From positions 8,436-72,435 of IMG/VR virus record IMGVR_UViG_3300028837_001398: DNA of 64,000 nucleotides. The stretch is one strand, 5' to 3'. Below, one piece after another: positions 35,977 through 44,535 of this stretch (positions within the stretch are counted from its first letter, which is position 1; each line of letters starts with the position of its first letter). Below the pieces are notes generated by a model. That model was not told the origin of the DNA. It was given only the letters and a program-made list of their open reading frames with translations, and searched no databases. The position numbers and the translations under genes were made by a program. The stretch is from a virus.

Positions 35977-37646
35977 GCCGCGCCTCCCATTGCCAATACC
36001 GGCTGCTCCAACCAGTGCGCCAACCTCGCCTCGGCTATGCGGACGTACTCCTCTTCCCTCTCGCACCCCAGGAATCGGAACCCCTCCTGCCCCGCCGCTA
36101 TCAGCGTGGAACCAGAGCCGGCGAACGGGTCAAGAACAACCCCGCCGGGAGGCGTCACCAACCGGCAGAGCCAGCGCATGAGGGCGAGGGGCTTGACGGT
36201 GGGGTGGTGGTTCTCCTCACACCCCGCCTCCCTCTCCTTCCTGCTCGCCTTGGCGCAGTAGAAGAAGCGGGAGGGGCCGCCGGTGTCCAGATTCCGTTCA
36301 GGGGCCACCTTCCCAGACCATCCGTTGCCATAGATCGTATAGCCACCTGGTTCTATGTTTTGCCGATCAGGGAACCGCCCGCGATGCCGCTCCCCCACAA
36401 CCTCATCCATCTGCCGCCCCGCCTCCTCGTCCAGCACGAGGTTCGCAGGCCAGCGGCCGGAGGGGTGTGGCGAAGTACGGTACTCCTCACCGCCTGGTGA
36501 TGCGTTGAAGGTTCGCCCGCTCTGGCAGTCCTTATTGCTAGTCCCCCAAACCCCACTACCCTTCGTTCCTTCCACCCGGCATCCATCCACGTTCACCGCA
36601 CCCGTCCCCCACCGCAGCACGTTCGCCGCTACAGTCTTCTCCGAGAGCGGCTTGCGGGCGACGCAGATCAGTTCCATCGCTGGCTTGAGGGCGGTCCCCC
36701 AGCCGGACCATTGGGCGGCTTCGGGGGTGGCGGGGACGGTGATGGGAAGTTCTGACGGGCCATCGCTTGTAAACGCGACGCCGCGCTGCGCTTTGCGATA
36801 GCCAATGACCTCGCGCTCATATTCAAGGAACTTAGCTGGGTGTTCTATGTCCTCAGATACACCGAGCAACTGCTTGAGGATTGCCCAGTCTGCAGGCGTA
36901 GGTATCTGTGGCTGACTGTTATCGAGGTAGTGCGATGCCTTATGACTGTTGACATTCCCCAATGCAGCATCTATGTCCCGATACCGTAGCTTGCATTGCT
37001 TGACTCGCTCGCGAAGCCAGGCGCGCACCTCATCAAACCGCGCATTCGGTCCGCCCTGTTTGTCTATCGCCTTGCTCACGTCTAGGCTCTTGGGAAATCC
37101 TGAGCCGTACACCCACGCTATCGTGTCCCTGATCTCGAAGCCCGCGTCCTCGATGGCGCAGACGAGGCGGTGGTAGGTGCGAGTGCCGCCGAATGCGAGG
37201 AGGTGGGCACCAGGCTTGAGGACGCGGTAGACCTCGGCTGCCCACCGGTGGTGCCAAGATTGCATCGCCGAAAGTTGGCGGTGATAGCCCGCACCAGTCA
37301 TGTCATTCGGCAGGCCTTCATTCTCGGGATTGCGCCGCTTACCTATCGCCTTCCAGTGGTCGTGCGGTTGTGGGCAAGTACACTTCTTAGCACCCCGGAG
37401 CCGACCGCCGCACTCAGCGCAGGTAGGATTTGCCGCACCGAATCGGGAGGTAGACGAGAAAGAAACCCATTCAGTTTGCCGTTCACCGATCCCCGGCTTC
37501 GAGAACCCGCCCCCAGCGTGCCAACCGAGCTTGTCCCAATCCTTGCCCATGAACTCCAAGCCATAGGGCGGATCGGTGACGCAGGACTCGCAGGAGTCAG
37601 CCTCCAGCGTCGGCAGCCACTCTAGGCAGTCGGCGTGTGCTATCAC
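35973..37646 (-). CDS. DNA N6-A/N4-C methyltransferase (beta class) with Cys-rich and HTH-like insertions
   Basis: TDPPY, WVYGSGFPKS, HPTVKP and LDPFAGSGST motifs. Confidence 0.92.
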   Translation of the reverse strand: MIAHADCLEWLPTLEADSCESCVTDPPYGLEFMGKDWDKLGWHAGGGFSKPGIGERQTEWVSFSSTSRFGAANPTCAECGGRLRGAKKCTCPQPHDHWKAIGKRRNPENEGLPNDMTGAGYHRQLSAMQSWHHRWAAEVYRVLKPGAHLLAFGGTRTYHRLVCAIEDAGFEIRDTIAWVYGSGFPKSLDVSKAIDKQGGPNARFDEVRAWLRERVKQCKLRYRDIDAALGNVNSHKASHYLDNSQPQIPTPADWAILKQLLGVSEDIEHPAKFLEYEREVIGYRKAQRGVAFTSDGPSELPITVPATPEAAQWSGWGTALKPAMELICVARKPLSEKTVAANVLRWGTGAVNVDGCRVEGTKGSGVWGTSNKDCQSGRTFNASPGGEEYRTSPHPSGRWPANLVLDEEAGRQMDEVVGERHRGRFPDRQNIEPGGYTIYGNGWSGKVAPERNLDTGGPSRFFYCAKASRKEREAGCEENHHPTVKPLALMRWLCRLVTPPGGVVLDPFAGSGSTLIAAGQEGFRFLGCEREEEYVRIAEARLAHWLEQPVLAMGGAA

Positions 37647-37650
37647 GGGG

Positions 37651-39102
37651 TCAACCCCACCCGATCCGGAACGGAGGTGCCTCTTCGTCCTGAAGCATCA
37701 GGGCCCACAATGCCCAGACCAGAGCGTCTAACCGATCTGGGCTGTGTGCTCCCTCGTAGCCGTTCGCGGTCATGTGCATGAGCTGATACTCAAGATCCTC
37801 GAACCTGCCCACATGGTGCACACGGCCTTGCTCGTACAGGGAAGCCACAGGCTCAGCCCGCCGCTCTTTGCCCCGACTTGCATTCACCTTCTTGTACCGC
37901 ACGTTCCTGTCAACTGTGCGAATATTGACCTCGACGAGATCCCCCCCGTTGTTGGCCTCGCCAACGATGCAGTCCCCTCCGTACCGACCCATCGCATCGA
38001 CCGCGCGTTGCGCCCACGTATTCGGAGAGAAGACCCCACTGCGGTCGGACAGAACATAGCCGTGTCCGTCCACACCGAGCCCTGCAACTGCAATACCCGT
38101 CTCGTCCGACTCCGCATTGCTCGTCACCGCTGGGTCAATGGCCACCACGACTCGCTTCATCTCTGGCGCCGTCGATACGCGCAAATCATCCAGCATCGCC
38201 TGTGTCCACATGGCCCCCCGGACCTCTGCCTGCGGGTTCTGCTGATAGACTGCATCCCAGACGTGCCCGCGGGTTCCCGCCTTGATCGCGGCCAACGCTT
38301 CACTGCCGATCCGTTCGGGCCACAACGGCGCGCCAACCTCCCGGCCGAGAAGATCGTTCTCTTCCGCCTCTGCTGGCAGCCGCAACACCTCCCAATGCTC
38401 ACCCCCGTTTGCCTCATCCGCCATAAGCCAACCTGGGAAGTCCCACACGTCATACCGCGTACAAACCACCACAATGGGCCCGTTCGGCACACGTGGACGG
38501 AAGATCGGTTGGTACCAATGCTCGAAGAGCTGGCGCGTGTGCTTGCGGTTCCGGGCATCTATCTCTGTCTTGTGCGGGTCGTCGATGATTGCGATCTCTG
38601 CACCGTGTCCCGGCAACGGTCCCCCGACACCCGAAGCGTGCAGACGCCCCCGGTGGCCTGCGATCTCCCAATGACTGACGGCATACGATTCCTGCGATAC
38701 CTTGATGCCGAAGAGCTCTTCGCCCACATCCTCCATGGTGCGGCGAGCATCCCGAGAGAGCGAATGGGCCAGGTCGGCGGTGTGGCACGTCAGAATCATG
38801 CGACGGTCTGGATTCCGGCCCATGGCATAGCAGGGGAAGTTCCGGCTCACAATGTCGCTCTTCCCGTGCTGTGAGGGGATGCACACGATCAACCGCAGGA
38901 TCTCGCCTCGCTCTACGGCTTCGAGGTATTCACACAGGAGCAGATGGACCTTCGAGGGTTGCCAGGCGCCAGCGCTGGAATACGTGATAAAGTCCGCGAG
39001 TCCCCGGCGCGCCCCTCGCCGGTTCAACTCGAGTCGGGCCGCTGCTCGGGCCTCCAGTTCAGCGCGGCTTAGCTCCTTCGGCAATCGCTTTGAGTTCGTC
39101 AT
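37651..39102 (-). CDS. terL: Terminase large subunit
   Basis: P.QHGKS Walker A variant, IIDDPHK Walker B, YQQNP, AIDPA and SPDRLDA nuclease motifs; start codon uncertain. Confidence 0.95.
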   Translation of the reverse strand: MTNSKRLPKELSRAELEARAAARLELNRRGARRGLADFITYSSAGAWQPSKVHLLLCEYLEAVERGEILRLIVCIPSQHGKSDIVSRNFPCYAMGRNPDRRMILTCHTADLAHSLSRDARRTMEDVGEELFGIKVSQESYAVSHWEIAGHRGRLHASGVGGPLPGHGAEIAIIDDPHKTEIDARNRKHTRQLFEHWYQPIFRPRVPNGPIVVVCTRYDVWDFPGWLMADEANGGEHWEVLRLPAEAEENDLLGREVGAPLWPERIGSEALAAIKAGTRGHVWDAVYQQNPQAEVRGAMWTQAMLDDLRVSTAPEMKRVVVAIDPAVTSNAESDETGIAVAGLGVDGHGYVLSDRSGVFSPNTWAQRAVDAMGRYGGDCIVGEANNGGDLVEVNIRTVDRNVRYKKVNASRGKERRAEPVASLYEQGRVHHVGRFEDLEYQLMHMTANGYEGAHSPDRLDALVWALWALMLQDEEAPPFRIGWG

Positions 39103-39646
39103 CGCTGTATCCGCTAAGCTCGCGGTGCTCAATGGGACCTCCATCCTTGCCCGTGTGCTCGTAACGGCTAGAGTCCCGCCATCGATCTGGAAGCCTGTTC
39201 TTCAGGTAGAAAATCTGCGCAGTTGTGTCCGGGAGAACGGTCTTCGTGACCTTCTCCCGCCGCACCACACGGGGCACGTTCTTCTTGACATCCAGTTCGA
39301 CGACCTCCCTAGTCTCCTCGTAGGTGTAACCCAGCGCTCGACGGTATAGGGCGCCCTCTACCCGTAGATCCACCTCCTGCTTGCTCTCCTTTAGGGCTTC
39401 GGCCAACTCGGGGTGAAGGCGGATTACCTCGTAGAAGTAGGTCGCGGAGTAGCCCAGAGCCTCGGCTATCTGGGCATTGGTGCATCCTTGCCGAGCAAGT
39501 TGGCGCGCTATCTCGACCGAACGCTCCCCCTGCCATTTGCTACGGTTCCCCCTCCGCTTCCCCTTAGCCTCGGCTTTCGGCTTCTCCCCATCGCCTGCCG
39601 GGGGATTCTCGGCCGCAGTCTGTTCAGCTTTGTCCTCGTCTGCCAT
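39059..39646 (-). CDS. terS: Terminase small subunit
   Basis: HTH (G.T.AQIAEALG), VEGALYRRALGY, PDTTAQIFYLKNR and TGKDGGPI motifs. Confidence 0.88.
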   Translation of the reverse strand: MADEDKAEQTAAENPPAGDGEKPKAEAKGKRRGNRSKWQGERSVEIARQLARQGCTNAQIAEALGYSATYFYEVIRLHPELAEALKESKQEVDLRVEGALYRRALGYTYEETREVVELDVKKNVPRVVRREKVTKTVLPDTTAQIFYLKNRLPDRWRDSSRYEHTGKDGGPIEHRELSGYSDDELKAIAEGAKPR

Positions 39647-39680
39647 AGCGCCTTTCGCTCACTATCCCGGCCTCGCCCAA

Positions 39681-39746
39681 CCAAAAGCCAAGCGCCCAGG
39701 GACACTATTCCCTGAGCGCGTCTGCGGTTGTTCCGCTTCGCCCGCC
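39681..39746 (-). terminator. Leader attenuator upstream of terS (near-identical to 32651-32716)
   Basis: GGCGGG..GCGGaacaaCCGC, then GCGCTCAGGGA-atagtg-TCCCTGGGCGC, then TTGGCTTTTGG. Confidence 0.8.
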
Positions 39747-39843
39747 TGGTTATGTCGGCTGGCCTCCCAACTCAACCTCGGCCCTGGGTTTTTCCTTTCA
39801 GCCTCGGCATCAACGCTGGTCCGCCATGCTGATTGTCAGTCTG

Positions 39844-39874
39844 ACTATACCATTTTAGGGTACGACGTTGTCAA
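39844..39874 (-). promoter_or_regulatory. Promoter of the packaging operon, 19-bp spacer
   Basis: TTGACA-19-TATAGT with TGn extension. Confidence 0.6.
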
Positions 39875-39890
39875 GGGCGTTGAAAGGGGA

Positions 39891-39966
39891 TGGAGCGGGG
39901 CACGGGACTCGAACCCGGGGCCTTCAGTCTGGAAGACTGATGCTCTACCATCTGAGCTATCCCCGC
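39891..39966 (-). tRNA. trnG: tRNA-Gly(UCC), 76 nt, encoded CCA, mispairs at 7:66 and 49:65
   Basis: GCGGGGA TA GCTC AGATGGTA GAGC A TCAGT CTTCCAG ACTGA AGGCC CCGGG TTCGAGT CCCGT GCCCCGC T CCA. Confidence 0.92.
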
Positions 39967-39977
39967 TCAGCCACAGA

Positions 39978-40008
39978 ACCCTACCATGCCACAGGGGTAT
40001 TGTGTCAA
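39978..40008 (-). promoter_or_regulatory. Possible tRNA promoter, 19-bp spacer
   Basis: TTGACA-19-TAGGGT with TGn extension, just upstream of the tRNA. Confidence 0.45.
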
Positions 40009-40955
40009 GGTTTCGGCACCGCCAGGTAGCTCTGGGCCCATTGGGCCAGAGCGGATGCCCTGTCGCCACCATCAAGTTCGCCCCGGGCCTGCATCACATC
40101 CAGGGCCTTGGCGATCACTGCGGCATCTTTGGGTTTGAGTCGATCCTTCCCGAGGACGCTAGCCAGCGGTACAGGGTGCCCGTGTTTGGGCTCACCCGTC
40201 TCTGTATCCCGCCACCCCTCCTCAAGGTCTCCCCGATGCTGCTCGAAGACATCCAGCAGAATCATCAGCGCCGTCGCGCCATTGGTGAGGTCATTTGCCG
40301 CCCTCACCTCATCCAGATCATCCAGGAAGCGATCATACTCTGATACCCGGGCCAGAATGGTATGATCAGGTTTCGGCAACGCAGACAGCCCCTTGAGAAC
40401 ATCTTTCAGCCTCTCTATCTCTTCTGGCAGAAAAGCGAAGGTCACCACGAGCAGATCCAGGTTGGCTTCGCTCAGACCGGCCAAGGCCACCTTCTCCATC
40501 TCGTCCAGAACCTTCGAGTCCAGGCCGGCATATTGCTTGAGCTCCATTGCCTCGATCTCCTCGTACAGGCTCCGCAGGATGGCCATGTCATCCTCACCCG
40601 CCAAGGCATTGTGCGATAGCTGTACAGCAACTTGCTCCTCTCGCGTCAGGTCCGCCTCGGTGTAAAGAACCAGCACCTCTGCCAGGCCGGCTTCCCGCGC
40701 CGCCATGACCCGATGATTGCCAGACATCGCTCGAAACGTCCCTTCCGGTGTGCGACAGCAGAAGGGGACTGAGGTCAGGGCGCCATCGCGGCGGATGTTG
40801 TCCACGAGGTTGCGGAAGGTCTCGTTCCGCATGAACCGAGCATTCTTCTCGAGTAGCTCGATGCTCCCAACCGGCACTATGGCCAGCTTGAGCCCCTTGG
40901 GCAGCCGCTTGTTGATCTCCCCTACGTCATCTTCCCGTGCTTCTCCATCCACCAT
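40005..40955 (-). CDS. ParB/Srx N-terminal domain protein of a DNA-modification cassette
   Basis: KNARFM...LVDNIRRDG.L...P and SGNHRV.AA motifs. Confidence 0.82.
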   Translation of the reverse strand: MVDGEAREDDVGEINKRLPKGLKLAIVPVGSIELLEKNARFMRNETFRNLVDNIRRDGALTSVPFCCRTPEGTFRAMSGNHRVMAAREAGLAEVLVLYTEADLTREEQVAVQLSHNALAGEDDMAILRSLYEEIEAMELKQYAGLDSKVLDEMEKVALAGLSEANLDLLVVTFAFLPEEIERLKDVLKGLSALPKPDHTILARVSEYDRFLDDLDEVRAANDLTNGATALMILLDVFEQHRGDLEEGWRDTETGEPKHGHPVPLASVLGKDRLKPKDAAVIAKALDVMQARGELDGGDRASALAQWAQSYLAVPKP

Positions 40956-42232
40956 GACAGAGCTTCCTCCAGTGACCACCGGCCCGCCCCTGCTTGATAG
41001 TTCAGGCGCGGCGGATTCTTCTTTCGGCTCAGGAGTTGAAACAGACCCCGATACTTTGAGGATACGGGCCTTTCCGTGAATGCCGTTGTGCCTATTCTGC
41101 TCACCCGTCCAGAGAAGTGTTGCTGCAAGTAAATCTGCACCTCTGTGCTCAAGGCGACCGCCAGAATCAGCTTCGCTAGCCGCGGGTAGATCGTGGGGCG
41201 CACCGGGAAGTCCGAAAGCATGTAGATTCGGCCGACCTCACGCCGGACGAAGTGGCCGATGAACCCCATAGAGCCGATGATCTTCCCGTTTGCCAGCACC
41301 GCCAACGAGGCGGTTGGCTTCACCGGGACTATCCCGGGATTCAGATAAAGACTCCGCAACTCATTGAACTGTGCCGCGCTCAGACCGGCAATAGACAGCC
41401 TTGTGTGTTCTGCGATCCGCAACGCTTCATCCGCTATCAGCGTCCCCGCCCCCTCCGTCTTCTGCACCGGGGATGCCAGCCAACGCCGGCCCGACGAGTT
41501 CCCGTATACCCACAGTGGCTTGGAACGCGCCGAACTCTGCATGATCGCCACGGCCTCGCCCAGGTCCGGCTGAGGTTCATCTCGAGCGATCAGCCAGTAG
41601 GGCCGCTTCACCAACTGCGCCCGCACCAAAGCCATGCGCTGTTCGTCGAAGATCTCATAGCTCGGCTCGTCCCAGTCGAACACGGCCTCCATCGACCTGT
41701 AGATGCGCTCATATCCGCCGCGATATGTGGGAGGGAATGTGATGAATCCTGCGTCAACAGGAGCCTGCTCGAGCCAGTCCAAAACATCCCCGGCCCAGAA
41801 CCGCTTCAAATGCACGGTGCCCGCGGTCAGTTCTATCTTCTGCAACGTTTCAGCGTGCAGCCGCTTCCACTGCGCCTTGTATGCCTGCCGCTGCCTCTGG
41901 TAGTAGGGGGCAGTCTTCCCGTAGCCCCCGAGCAGTTGGGTTGAGAGCAGGATAGTGGCAACCGCGGATGCTGGATAGCCCAGCCACGGAGAGAGCCACT
42001 CATACTCTGGATCCCGCACCTCAATGCGGAAAGGCTGTCCAGCGAGGTAACTGCCCACGCAGCAGCTATACAGGCTAACATCGTTGCCGCTCAACTCATA
42101 CCCGAGCGGCGCCAAGGACCGCTCTACCGTGAAGTTCCCCGAACACCCCACGTACACTGAAGGGACAGACCACCCTTTCACCGATGTGACGATGACCGAC
42201 CGCAGGTCTGCCCCTACCGATCCAATGAACAT
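40922..42232 (-). CDS. Adenine methylase-like domain fused to a Mom-like GNAT domain (putative anti-restriction DNA modification enzyme)
   Basis: N-terminal YVGCSGNF / GNDV / FPPTY Rossmann motifs; C-terminal LAVLANGKIIGSMGF, YMLSDF, RLAKLIL, TTAFT and KYRG GNAT-like pattern. Confidence 0.7.
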   Translation of the reverse strand: MFIGSVGADLRSVIVTSVKGWSVPSVYVGCSGNFTVERSLAPLGYELSGNDVSLYSCCVGSYLAGQPFRIEVRDPEYEWLSPWLGYPASAVATILLSTQLLGGYGKTAPYYQRQRQAYKAQWKRLHAETLQKIELTAGTVHLKRFWAGDVLDWLEQAPVDAGFITFPPTYRGGYERIYRSMEAVFDWDEPSYEIFDEQRMALVRAQLVKRPYWLIARDEPQPDLGEAVAIMQSSARSKPLWVYGNSSGRRWLASPVQKTEGAGTLIADEALRIAEHTRLSIAGLSAAQFNELRSLYLNPGIVPVKPTASLAVLANGKIIGSMGFIGHFVRREVGRIYMLSDFPVRPTIYPRLAKLILAVALSTEVQIYLQQHFSGRVSRIGTTAFTERPVSSKYRGLFQLLSRKKNPPRLNYQAGAGRWSLEEALSWWMEKHGKMT

Positions 42233-42245
42233 TTCACCCTCGCGG

Positions 42246-42665
42246 TTATCCTGCCCAGGGGAGCTCCTGATATGCCGGCACCGCACTCCGCTCGCACCCC
42301 CACTCCGGGACCGTGATGCCCAACTCCGTCTCGAGCCACTCCGCTACGAGTCGGCGATGGCACGCAACGCCCCGCTTCTCCCAGCACAGCAATACCACGT
42401 CCCCCTTCGGCAGTCTCTTCACGATATCCGATGCTTCCAGCGCCGCCAGCTTCTTCGCCATGTGTTGGTCGTACACCCCTTGATCAGACTGCTTGACCAT
42501 GTTCGGGTCTGGAGCCAGCGCAATCATTCTGCCGAGTCGCCACCCACGGGGAGGCCACCTGGCGATCGACACCTGTGCAAGCCCTTCAGGAAACCGCCGA
42601 CACATTCCGAAGTAACTGGTCCAGATGCGCCTAACTTTACGGCTACGCTTCCCTGAATCCACCAT
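42246..42665 (-). CDS. DUF488-family protein
   Basis: TSYF, SIARWPP, LAP and VLLCWE...CHRRLVAEWL motifs. Confidence 0.8.
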   Translation of the reverse strand: MVDSGKRSRKVRRIWTSYFGMCRRFPEGLAQVSIARWPPRGWRLGRMIALAPDPNMVKQSDQGVYDQHMAKKLAALEASDIVKRLPKGDVVLLCWEKRGVACHRRLVAEWLETELGITVPEWGCERSAVPAYQELPWAG

Positions 42666-43569
42666 CCCCTCCTCGTCCCGACACCAACGATGTTAGCCGG
42701 CGCCGTTCTAGTTCCTTCGCCAATGCCTGCTCGACCTGCCCGAACCATTGCTTCAGATTCCGAACCTTCCCCAGGTCCAATTCGACTGCGTTCGTAAGGA
42801 GTTTCGCGCTCACCCTCTGCAGTCTCTCGTCCCATGTCGTGGCGAGCAGATCCGATACCTTGTCTAGCGCGGCCAGGAACCGCACCCGTGACTTCTGCTC
42901 CTCCTCGCTCAGAACCCGGACCGTGAACAGAGCATCTTGGTCCTGTGATCCCCCAACCATGCCAGGATTCCTCATGATCCTTACCAAGTGTCCCACTTCA
43001 TGCTGCGTCAGCCCATTCCGAACAGCGTGCAGAGCCACCTTCATCTGTTCCTCGGGATCCTCCACCTGCGCGATGAACCACGCTGCCCCCGGCCCCAGAG
43101 AACCCGAGATCACCAGCGCCCGCACCCCCTTCCCAAGCGAGCAGAGCTGGAGCTTGTCCCTCACATACTGCACGCTCTTCCCCGTCGTCTCTGCGATGCT
43201 TTCCACTGTCATATCATAGGTGCCCCGCATGGTCGCGTACGCATCCGCTTCTTCGATCACGTTGATGTCCTGTCGCTGGACATTCCCGACCACTGCCATC
43301 CGGTAGGCTTCTGCGTCCGTCGCCAATACAACGCGGCACGGAACCGTTGCTACCTTTGCCAGCTTCGCCGCTCGGAACCGCCGCTCGCCAGCGATGATCT
43401 CGAACCGGTGCCGCTGCCGCGGATGCGGGCGCACCACGAGATTCTGGAGAACCCCCTGCTCCAGGATAGATGCGGCCAGCTTGCCCAAAGACTCCTCATC
43501 GAAGTTATGCCGGTGCTGGGTCGCGTTGGCATCGATGTCGCTCGTCGGGATCTGCTGGATACCTACCAT
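42643..43569 (-). CDS. ParB/Spo0J-family protein
   Basis: LAASILEQGVLQNLVVR, IIAGERRFRAA and NVQRQDIN.IEEA motifs plus an HTH. Confidence 0.9.
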   Translation of the reverse strand: MVGIQQIPTSDIDANATQHRHNFDEESLGKLAASILEQGVLQNLVVRPHPRQRHRFEIIAGERRFRAAKLAKVATVPCRVVLATDAEAYRMAVVGNVQRQDINVIEEADAYATMRGTYDMTVESIAETTGKSVQYVRDKLQLCSLGKGVRALVISGSLGPGAAWFIAQVEDPEEQMKVALHAVRNGLTQHEVGHLVRIMRNPGMVGGSQDQDALFTVRVLSEEEQKSRVRFLAALDKVSDLLATTWDERLQRVSAKLLTNAVELDLGKVRNLKQWFGQVEQALAKELERRRLTSLVSGRGGDGGFREA

Positions 43570-43793
43570 GTCCCACCTTCCTCGCTCCAGGTCATCTGGT
43601 AGCGGGTCTGTGCCCTGTCCGCCCAGGCGTCCAGCCTGGGAATTGGCACTAGCGGCCTCCCATAAGGACAGTTGATTCGACGCCGGTCTGCCAGGGCTAC
43701 CCTCATATCGTGGCGGAATCTCCTCACATCCTCGTGGTTCCCGAAGTTGTAAGGGGCTTTGCCGCGCCTAGCCACGGTGCCCTCCTCGATCAA
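43563..43793 (-). CDS. Hypothetical protein
   Basis: Short co-oriented ORF upstream of parB. Confidence 0.4.
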   Translation of the reverse strand: MIEEGTVARRGKAPYNFGNHEDVRRFRHDMRVALADRRRINCPYGRPLVPIPRLDAWADRAQTRYQMTWSEEGGTW

Positions 43794-43977
43794 CCATCGC
43801 CTGGGTGAGGGCCTCTTCCCTGCGGATCCGCCGCACCAGCGGAGGGCTCATGTCTATGTCGGAGCCGCCGCATTCCGGGCAGCCCTCGTCTCCGAACGCC
43901 GCCCGCTCAGCAGCCGCCACATTGGGGAAGGGATGTCCGCATTCCTGACAACGCCACCACCAATCCGAGTGTCTCAT
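43768..43977 (-). CDS. Small Zn-ribbon protein
   Basis: CQECG...CPECGGSDID; GAGGAG RBS. Confidence 0.65.
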   Translation of the reverse strand: MRHSDWWWRCQECGHPFPNVAAAERAAFGDEGCPECGGSDIDMSPPLVRRIRREEALTQAMVDRGGHRG

Positions 43978-44013
43978 CTCGCTCCTCACTTCTGGGGTGT
44001 GCGGCCCCTTTCT

Positions 44014-44051
44014 TATGATAGTATCATACCAAACAAGCCGTCTGTTGTCAA
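44014..44051 (-). promoter_or_regulatory. Sigma70 promoter of the ParB/modification operon with an overlapping palindrome
   Basis: TTGACA-17-TATGAT; palindrome TATGATA-G-TATCATA at 44014-44028. Confidence 0.75.
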
Positions 44052-44144
44052 GGGTTTTTTACGGGGCTTGTGGTGCAGTTTAGGGGTGTTGGCGGGACGG
44101 GGTACTCCAGGGCATCGCGGAAACTGACGGGAATTGACGCGGGT

Positions 44145-44195
44145 CCAAAAGGTGGGTGCCCCTCCCCGCACGGAAAGGGCACCCGGTTCTCTCGT
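44145..44195 (-). terminator. Terminator/attenuator downstream of 44257-44535
   Basis: GAGAGAACC, then GGGTGCCCTTTCC-gtgc-GGGGAGGGGCACCC, then ACCTTTTGG. Confidence 0.65.
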
Positions 44196-44256
44196 TGCGG
44201 AGGCTAGCGCCCCCGCGAGGAGCGAGAGACTTATGCTTTCGCCGAAGGAGCGCGGC

Positions 44257-44535
44257 CTACCTCCTCGGGTCCTTGCTCTTCCCGACCCCCAATCGAAACT
44301 TCTCCGTCGTCGCAACGCTGAGTTCGTGCTCGCCGATGATAGGTTCACCGTTCTCGATCTTCAGATTGCGCACCGTGGCGAATGGATGCCCAGCGAACCA
44401 GTCCAGCAATGCCGCCTGGGCCGGGCTGACCCACCGGAGTTCGCCCGGCCCCAGGTCAATCCCCAGCGCGTCCATGAGATCCCGCAGCTTACGTTCCGCG
44501 ATCTCTGTCACCGGCTTCGTCGCTCGCGTACTCAT
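44257..44535 (-). CDS. Small putative regulator, paralog of 32831-33139
   Basis: ELRWVSPAQAALLDWF...LKIENGEPIIGE...EKFRLG. Confidence 0.65.
   Translation of the reverse strand: MSTRATKPVTEIAERKLRDLMDALGIDLGPGELRWVSPAQAALLDWFAGHPFATVRNLKIENGEPIIGEHELSVATTEKFRLGVGKSKDPRR

Noticed and set aside
39891-39966. tRNA as an integration-site remnant
   Set aside because: It is full length, mid-genome, has a candidate promoter and no duplicated 3' end was seen; the integrase is a serine type
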